DNA of 64,000 bases from Tubiluchus corallicola (taxonomy: Eukaryota; Animalia; Priapulida), in NCBI GenBank assembly GCA_030141605.1, contig JAQGDQ010000185.1, positions 361,637 to 425,636 on the forward strand, in the 5' to 3' direction. The translations under genes were made by a program, and so were the position numbers. The first letter of the stretch is position 1, and each line of letters begins with the position of its first letter. The notes below the pieces were generated by a model that saw nothing but the letters and a program-made list of their open reading frames with translations, searched no databases and was not told the DNA's origin. Below, in pieces: positions 56,506 to 64,000 of this stretch.

Positions 56506-57873
56506 TTAACCATCCTGTAAGCGTGAATACGATTGTTCTTCATGTAACATTAACTTTAAAAGTTTTACAACAGCCAAGAGTGTCAGTGCAAGCAGTCCGG
56601 CACATATGCCGAAAATAGTCCTGTTCCCCTCTCTTTCATCGGGACTCTCGTGCAAAAATATTAAACCCGCACAGACTACGACATTTAGTGGAACACGAAA
56701 ACAGCTCATTATCATTGCCTTGTGCGAATCGGGCAAAAGACGAGTTCTCAGGAAACCCATAGCTGGGAAGTACAGTCCAACAGCTAGTTCAAAAATAAAA
56801 AAGGAAATAAGAAGTAGCCAGTATTCGGAATTAGAAGACTCATCAATGGCGACTACTACATTAACAACTGACACCAATGCTACTATTGTAGCGCCTGCTA
56901 AAATGTGTTGTGCGAGAAGTCGTCTGGCATGCAATATTTGGAATAGAGTGGACCCTATCATGATACACAGCATAAAAGAGGCAAATATAAAACCAAACAT
57001 CTCTCTACCATCCATACTCAACAATGGTGTCCACAAAAAGACGAAAACATACATGACACTTTCAAATAGTGCTTGAATACTTCCGATGAGCAATATCTTT
57101 GTATCAAACACGATATGACGCAAAGATTCCTTTAACATTTTGTCATATTTCACTTTTTGTTTACCATAATTTTCCACCCATTGCGTAGCAATGACGATGC
57201 TCGAGCCAATTAAGAATGGAATAGCTATTATATAGGATGATAAGGCCCCAAGATCTAACCCAATCTCTCCAGCAAACAAATTAGCAACAACTCCAGCAGT
57301 GACTGCTAAAATTCCATTCCAGAATGTAGTTTGTGAAAATGTTATTGACAACCATTCTTCAGGAAATCCATGTGTCTCTATGTGTTCATGTATGTACCAT
57401 ACTTCAAATATAGAGAACATGAGTGAGGCGCAGACACCGCTAAATATTCTACTCAAAATTAGCACAAAATAGTTCCGCGAGACCTTCATTAAACACGAAA
57501 CAGCATAAAGCACTGTGAGCAAGACACATAACTTTTTGCGACCATAGCGATCTGCAAGAATACTAGTAACTGCACCAAATAGTACCCCTGATATCGCACC
57601 ACAGACATATAAAATTGCAATCTGAGATTCTTCAAACTCATACTCCACATACAGCCAGTACATGTAGGCACTTTGAAGCCATTCACCAAATAGTGCTAGA
57701 AAATAAGCTAGCAAATAGCTTCGTTGAAATTTTAAAAATAATGGGTTATTCACAGAGGATACACTGGGACACAACCTCTTACTGATCAAATGGAAGATTG
57801 CATACACTCCACACAAAAACATAAGAGTCACAATTATCTCTTCGTACCAGTTTGTTACCCACCTCATCAACAT
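56506..57873 (-). CDS. MFSD5: Molybdate-anion transporter MFSD5 (MOT2 family MFS transporter), 455 aa, single coding exon
   Basis: Uninterrupted hydrophobic ORF with NPLFLKFQRSY, WLQxxYxYxLY, QIAILYVCG, LADRYGRKK, FEVWYIHEH, IQALFESVMYVFVFLWTP, GLYFPAM and FRVPLN motifs typical of MFSD5. An acceptor (TTTTACATAG| at 57900/57899) 25 nt upstream, with an in-frame TAA before the ATG, implies a separate non-coding first exon. Confidence 0.95.
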   Translation of the reverse strand: MLMRWVTNWYEEIIVTLMFLCGVYAIFHLISKRLCPSVSSVNNPLFLKFQRSYLLAYFLALFGEWLQSAYMYWLYVEYEFEESQIAILYVCGAISGVLFGAVTSILADRYGRKKLCVLLTVLYAVSCLMKVSRNYFVLILSRIFSGVCASLMFSIFEVWYIHEHIETHGFPEEWLSITFSQTTFWNGILAVTAGVVANLFAGEIGLDLGALSSYIIAIPFLIGSSIVIATQWVENYGKQKVKYDKMLKESLRHIVFDTKILLIGSIQALFESVMYVFVFLWTPLLSMDGREMFGFIFASFMLCIMIGSTLFQILHARRLLAQHILAGATIVALVSVVNVVVAIDESSNSEYWLLLISFFIFELAVGLYFPAMGFLRTRLLPDSHKAMIMSCFRVPLNVVVCAGLIFLHESPDEREGNRTIFGICAGLLALTLLAVVKLLKLMLHEEQSYSRLQDG

Positions 57874-58865
57874 ATTGAAGTAACGAAAGAGTTACCACCT
57901 ATGTAAAATAAAAATAAACTTGTTATATAAGACTGACTACAAAAATACTACTTCTAGATATAACACTGGTAACTAACCTACAGTCTAATAGCCTTATTTA
58001 ATAGTTCTAGGCTTACATGTTTGGTATATTGTACAGATATAGTGCATCTCAAATTCATACAGATTTTAATTTGCAGTTTTTAATTTATATGTACAGGTAA
58101 GTGATAAACAGACCGAAGAGAAGACTTTGTAATTTTAAGCGTACATAATATGTTTTTGTCCAAGCTTTATTTTCAATCTGTGGCTTTTGTATCAAAATTA
58201 TAAATCCGAGAATAGTAGAAATTAAGTTTGCCAGTTCCAGGCTATGCATATTTTGATATCACTCATGAGTCCGAATGACTAGTATGCAGAAACAGCATAA
58301 TTTTTCATATTTTACTAGTATGGAAGAAATCAGTATCTCACACAGCACATAATGTATAAACTAGACATTGGCATAAATTTTTGAAATCATACTTGGCAAA
58401 AAAATGAAAGTTGGAAGACTTGTGTTGAACTTGGATTTAAATTGAAACTTTTACCTTTTAGGGCTTTTTAGGCCTTTTATAAATTTACAATTTTTTATTG
58501 CCATTTTAAGAAACTGCACCATGAATATATGAAATAAATAAATTATTGTTGTTATTATTATTATTAATATTATTATTATTAATTTTACTATCCTTTTCAA
58601 GTTAAGTTATAAAAACTGTGGATTTATTTGGTTATTGAAAACATTGATATTTAAATCATAGTAGTAAATTTACTTTAATTTAGTAATACATTAAGTAATT
58701 ACTGACCATTTACATTAATTTCTTGCATTTGCATTTTGGGTAATCATCTTTGGGTAATTAATTGTTTTTGCTCTTAATTTCAACATTATTAACTTAAAGT
58801 TGATGGATTTTGAAAACAGACTGGCTTGAAACTGAAAAGCAGGTAATGTGAAAAAGTCAGGATTG

Positions 58866-58935
58866 CACAGCCTGGATTTGAACCAGAGACCCCTTGCCTA
58901 CAAAGTGAATGTCATGACTGTTATACTGCCTCACT
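58866..58935 (-). mobile_element. tRNA-derived SINE head (copy 2)
   Basis: B box GGTTCAAATCC on the minus strand; 18-nt identity with 52711-52728. Confidence 0.55.
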
Positions 58936-59869
58936 TCGGGGATCGTGGCGAGCTATAACATAAGTACTATGGCACATTATAGTCAAACACAAAGGCTAAA
59001 CATTTAACATTGTAATATATTATAATGATGTTCAGCCATTAAACTGATCGTAAATGAAGACTTTTCAACCAGAACCACTTAACATGCTGAAATGTGAACG
59101 TAGTAGTGAGAGGATGTCAAAAGCACCCAGGTTTGTACAAGAATGTCTGCACTACAGAAAATTTATGACAGGAGGGGACATGAATGAAAGCTGTAAGGAT
59201 GAACAATATTTAAATAATGCAGTGTTTAAAAACCCTTGCAAACGATTATCATTTGCCCACACCAGTGGAAAGGGCACGAGTAATCATTGTAATAAGATAT
59301 ATTTTACAAAACAGAATTACAAGAATTAAACTTATATTTAAAAACGAATTAAGTGTGAAGGCAGTGCACAACTAAAAAGTCCTAAAAACATTGCTCTTAT
59401 ATACAGCACACTGAGAAAATTTACTTTAGGTGTTAGGCTTTGGTATTTTTCACAATGCGAAGTTTATGTAAATCAATTAGACAATTTAATAATTACAGGA
59501 TTAATAATTATGTCAGACCAAACAGAGTTATCAGACATTATTATACAAGGCTATGTGGAGAAGTTTTTTTATGATTACACTAGTTAAATAAGTATGATAA
59601 GTATTTCACCATCAGGTTTCAAAATAAAAAGGCTAAACTAGGATAATGCAAAAAAATTATGTAATGTAATAATACCGCCTATGTGAAGAAGTGGTCATAG
59701 TTTCACTAATAAAATTAGTAATGACAATTATTTTATCATGAGCTTTGAAAAAGTAAAGATGATGCATAACTTGGAAAATAGGGGTATTGATGACACTACT
59801 TAAATAAGAATGATAACTTTTTTAACATAAAATAAAATAAAAATAAAAATGATTTTAAAATAAAAATTC

Positions 59870-60700
59870 TAAGCTTGGATGATACAGGTATTGATGTAAA
59901 AAGAAATATCAGGCATTGGTATACAGGGCTGCAGGGAGAAATTATTGCAATTCTTGTTAAAAGACTTGGAGAATTTAAGGAAGGAAGAAATCGCCACCTT
60001 TTGCTAATCAAATTCAAGGATGTTAAACCATCGTGCCATGTTTTCAATGCTAAAACATTGCTTCACAAAGAACCAGCTACTAGTTGGATGCGTGACATTT
60101 TTACAGTGGGATCGTTCAATTTTAGAGACATATAGGCAGGCAAACAGAATCAAGCAAGCTGACAGACAAGTGCTAAGACTTGCTGAAAGCGGTATCTTGG
60201 CTGAGCGTCGGAGTACCCGACACCCGACTACAACGATTAGTTGGCCCACTAAATAAATCTTGTGATGATCAAATGTCAGCTAGTCATGTTCTTGCATCAG
60301 GAGACTAAACAATGTTAATGCGAACCAGCACACATTGTAGATATTGTAAATAGATATCAAGACGCAAATTCATAAAGAAATGTGATGATGTAAATAAGTT
60401 TATTAAATGTTATCTCTATAACTGTCAAGGTACTGTAAATGTTTCTACTTACAACACAGGACATCAATTGGTTTAGTCAACGTATATGAAATAATGAATG
60501 ATTATTGCCATATTGATCGAAATTCATTTTCTGTCACTCATAGAACTTTGAGAGCACAATCTGTTCGTTCCGTCTGTCAGGACAAACATGCGTGAGCATT
60601 TCTTTGCTAATAGAGTTGTTCCTCATTAGAACAAATTTGATGATAATGTTGTAAGGTCAGACTCACGAAGTTGTTTAAAGCAGCACAGTGAGAGGTATGC
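59870..60700 (+). mobile_element. Decayed CR1-type LINE pieces: ORF1-like segment (59870-60250) and ORF2 3' end (60540-60690)
   Basis: IIAILVKRLGEFKEGRNRHLLLIKFKD..VFNAKTL resembles the RLG..RPLLVKF motif of LINE ORF1; VRTNMREHFFANRVVPH*NKFDDNVVRSDS matches the CR1 C-terminal FFSNRVVxxWNxLPxxVV motif. Confidence 0.65.
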
Positions 60701-60810
60701 GTCCGCTGCAATAGTGCTAGCTAGCACACCTAAACTGTTTGAAGATAAATACTTTGCTGCTTAAATAAGAATGATGAAGTAATCACGGTAAAGTAATCAA
60801 ATTAAATTAA

Positions 60811-61854
60811 GGCAGTGACTAAAGGTACGGATCTGTATACGGACTGCAGCAACTAAAATTATGGATCCGTGTCTCGAAAGCATTTACTAGAAAATATGGA
60901 TCGATCCATACCGCGAAAGATATTAACGAGAAAGTACGGATCACCGTACAGCGCAAGATATTGACGAGAAAATATTACGGATCGCAATCAGAGATGGGCG
61001 GATATCACTTTTTTGTTTATCCGCAGCCGCAAAATCTGCAACTATAACCGCATTCGCAAAATCCGTGGACTGAGTGACATTGAACATCCTTGTATCCGCA
61101 ATAGCTGCAAAAATGTGGGCAACAAATTAACTAGGCTTGGTATGTGTCTCCTATTGTTGAAAACTGTTTCTTAATGTGAAACTAGGAGATATAATCGCAA
61201 ATCAATGCTAGCCAGACCCAATTTGTAAACCTTCAACGACAACTCACACAGCACGATGTACACAGTACATCACACGACCATATCATGGCCTTCACACCGT
61301 ATACATATATATAATATATATATATTAATTCTTTATTTGTCATTAAAATTTTCACTCACTGTAATAAAATTGAGCAGGCCTCAGCGTAAAATTTGAGCAA
61401 TCTCACTGAAATAGTCCATCTGCTTTAAGACTAAATTTTGTTCTTTCATTAACTTTAATGTCTTATTCAACACTTAATCAAACAGTGTTTCCGATATTTT
61501 AACTAGATTTTCGGCAGTTTAAAAAATCTGCTGCCATTCCACTGCACACACGAGATTCACAGCATAAATTTTGGCAACAGGTGCAACAATTTAGCAACTC
61601 TTATAAATTGGACTTACTGTATATCACATCAAGACTAAAATTTTTTTACTATGTTTGACAAGTCAATAAATCACAACCAAACTGAGGAAAAATACAGTTT
61701 AGTAGGTTATCACACTCACAACACGCCATAGAAAAATACGGGCTAGTAGGTCATATTACAACACTGTAAGAAATTCATAACACTTTGCTAAAATGCAAAA
61801 ATAGCTACGAATATGGATCCGTATTCAGTATCGTAGAAAAGACTAGCCACTGCC
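60811..61854. mobile_element. Non-autonomous DNA transposon with GGCAGTGrCTA termini and 9-bp TSD (MULE/Merlin-like; Kolobok not excluded)
   Basis: TIRs GGCAGTGACTA (60811-60821) / TAGCCACTGCC (61844-61854); TTAAATTAA at both 60802-60810 and 61855-61863; subterminal TAyGGATC repeats at both ends. Confidence 0.8.
60989..61110 (+). mobile_element. Truncated hAT-like terminus nested in the previous element
   Basis: CAGAGATGGGCGGATATC followed by ATCCGC-type subterminal repeats; no matching right TIR found. Confidence 0.45.
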
Positions 61855-62065
61855 TTAAATTAAATATGAAAGAATTGAAATGCAGTTACAAAAGAAACAA
61901 ATGGGATATACTATGTCCTAAGTGCAGGATTCAAGAAGATACAGCAGAGCATGCATTAAGTTGTGAGAAGTCGGAAAAAATAATAAATAAGTATAATATA
62001 AGGACAGAGACTATAAAAACAACAGAAATAGAAACCCTTGAATGATTAGTAAGGTGATTTAGAGA
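61855..62065 (+). mobile_element. LINE ORF2 C-terminal zinc-finger remnant (RTE-X-like)
   Basis: KLNMKELKCSYKRNKWDILCPKCRIQEDTAEHALSC: a CX2C..H..C motif typical of non-LTR ORF2 C-termini. Confidence 0.6.
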
Positions 62066-62070
62066 AATTA

Positions 62071-64000
62071 TTCAATTCAATTCAAAAAGTTTATTTATCT
62101 CCAATATAATATTTATAGCGCAAATACAACAAATTATGTAAAGTGGGTAGAGATGGAGTGGCGAAAGACCAGGAGGTTTTCGAGTCAGCCACCCCTATAT
62201 AACTTAGGAATACTATAAAGCATGGCAGACTACATGGTTAAGTGAATAATATGTAGTTAGATCTTAAGTGTAGCAAATAAACAAAATGCAATGCAATTAT
62301 ATTATGATTATACCAATGGAAAAAAGCAAGCAAACAATGCAGTTAAATATTAAAAGCAAAAATTGAACAAGATGCAGTTAAGTCATGAATGCAACAACAA
62401 AAAAGCAAGCAATGCGGTTAAATCATAAATGCAGTGAATGAACTAAAATGCAACGAATGAACGAAAATGTAGTTAAATCATGAATGCAACAAATAAACAA
62501 AAGGAAGAAAATTTGTGCAGTAAATCTTAAATGAAGTAAATGAACAAAAGCAATCAGTAATCATAATGTAACAAATAAACACAAAAAGCAAGCAATGCAG
62601 TCAATTTATGAATGCAGCTAATAAATGAAAAGCAACTAAAAAACTGTAATTAAATTTTAAATGTGACAGTTTAGAAAAGCAAAATTTAATCATAAATATA
62701 GCAAATATATTCAAGCAGGCAAGCAAGCATATTTCCAATCGGACAATTTCAGCGACCTACCACAATAGACCAAGGTTTCAAGCTAACCAAAAGCAAATTC
62801 AATAAAGCACAAAGAGTGTTTTTTTTATTTTTGGAAATAGCATAGTAAACCCATGTAATGCATTACCAGCACTCATGTGGCTTTGGTTCACACACACGCA
62901 CGCACGCACACACACATACATACGTACATACTTATACACACACATATATGCATACATATACATATATGTGTGTATGCATAACCTTACAAAGAGATTTATC
63001 ATAAAAAAGTTTTTTTTGTAGTGGAGGTAATAAGTTTCAGTAATCTAGAGTAGAGAAGAGAACATAAAGGTGCAAAACAAGTTTGGGAGCAAGACTATTA
63101 ATAGTTGCTAATCAGGTGATTACAAAATAGTTTAACTGCAGTTTTACATGAAGTAGTGGATATAAAAAGTGGATCTAAAATTATTCCAGAATTTAGTGCC
63201 AAGGTGATGCAATGTATTTAAGCTATTTATGGTGTTAAATCTGGGCTGAAAGTAATTGCCCCTACGAAATGCTCTGGTGTTGTACGAATGTATGTTTCTA
63301 GTTTGAGTAAAATAATTTGCAAATAGTTCGGGGAGAGCATTATTAGTAAATTTATGCATAAATTTAAGTAACTAGAGATTATATATATGTCTTGTACTTT
63401 TAATAGGTTTAATTGAGCATAGGAAGGCGTTGCATGATCACGCCGGTTTGAGAAATAAATAAATTTAACAGTTTTATTTTGGGCTATCATTAATGGTTGC
63501 AGGCTATTATTTTTTGCGCTCCCCCAACATAGAATACAGTAAAGCAAACAGGGATGTATAAGAGAATAGTATACAAGGTTTTTGTATCATCAAGGTTTTT
63601 GTATCTATGTAGTACATAAGTTTACTTAATATACTGGAGTTTTTATTGACTTTATATGCAATGGTTTTTATATGTGTATTCCATTTCATGTCAACGTCTA
63701 AATGTAGTCCAGGTTATTTGATGCAGGTTGTTTGATAAAGGACATTATTGTTTATTTTGATTGTAATAGGTAAAACAGGTTTCTTAGTAATCAACATGTA
63801 CTTAGTCTTGTTATAATTTACTGTTAGTTTACTAGCTATCATCCAATTGTTAATTTTGATTAGTTCTTCATTAGTTCTAGTTTCAAGAGTGAGAAGATTG
63901 GTGTCAGATATGAATAGGTTAGTATCATCTGCAAACATACGCATATTGACGCTAGATGTCATAGGAAGGTTATTTATATAAATAAGCAATATTAATGGTG
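62071..64000 (-). mobile_element. CR1/L2-group (Crack-like) LINE: frameshifted RT-to-3' end with complete 3' UTR; continues beyond the window
   Basis: Minus-strand ORF pieces 63989-63714 (YINNLP..MFADDTNLF..WMIASKLTVNYNKTKYM), 63689-63507, 63547-63227 (LYCILCWGSA..QNKTVK) and 63359-63144 (HSYNTR..GTKFWN); 3' hairpin 62155-62195, AATAAA at 62095-62090 and (TTGAA)3 tail 62085-62071. Confidence 0.9.
62270..62705. repeat. Degenerate ~35-45 bp tandem repeat within the LINE 3' UTR
   Basis: Recurrent AATGCAGTTAAATCATGAATGCAACAAATAAACAAAA-like units. Confidence 0.7.

Noticed and set aside
56606-57076. 156-aa plus-strand ORF
   Set aside because: Antisense shadow of the hydrophobic MFSD5 coding sequence.
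58412-58424. TGGAAGACTTGTG matches the 5' end of miR-7
   Set aside because: Only 13 nt match; 3' half diverges and no hairpin partner.

Overview
AT-rich, intron-rich eukaryotic DNA from a bilaterian invertebrate (species not identifiable from sequence alone). Four protein-coding genes can be assembled by hand with canonical GT-AG introns and continuous frames: a Phox2 paired-class homeobox gene (+, 4 coding exons, 6255-25665, 273 aa); SLC35B1/AXER (-, 7 exons, 36467-31438); cytosolic acetyl-CoA synthetase ACSS2 (+, 15 exons, 38025-51029, 689 aa), head-to-head with SLC35B1; and the molybdate-anion transporter MFSD5 (-, single coding exon, 57873-56506). Introns and intergenic DNA carry micro/minisatellites, hAT MITEs with perfect 8-bp TSDs, a pogo/Tigger-like MITE, a 9-bp-TSD element, two copies of a Kolobok-like element, tRNA- and 5S-derived SINE remnants, and decayed L2, CR1/Crack and RTE LINE fragments. 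Most short ORFs in the ORF track are exon read-throughs, antisense shadows or microsatellite artefacts. I found no clear evidence of a wholly new biological system. The best leads are a tandem repeat derived from the Phox2 homeobox splice acceptor (a decoy acceptor followed by a stop), a 36-bp long-range inverted repeat in Phox2 intron 2, candidate autoregulatory and Polycomb-type elements around Phox2, a 5S-derived SINE, and a nested transposon stack at the right end. All family assignments come from recalled protein/repeat consensus, not database searches.
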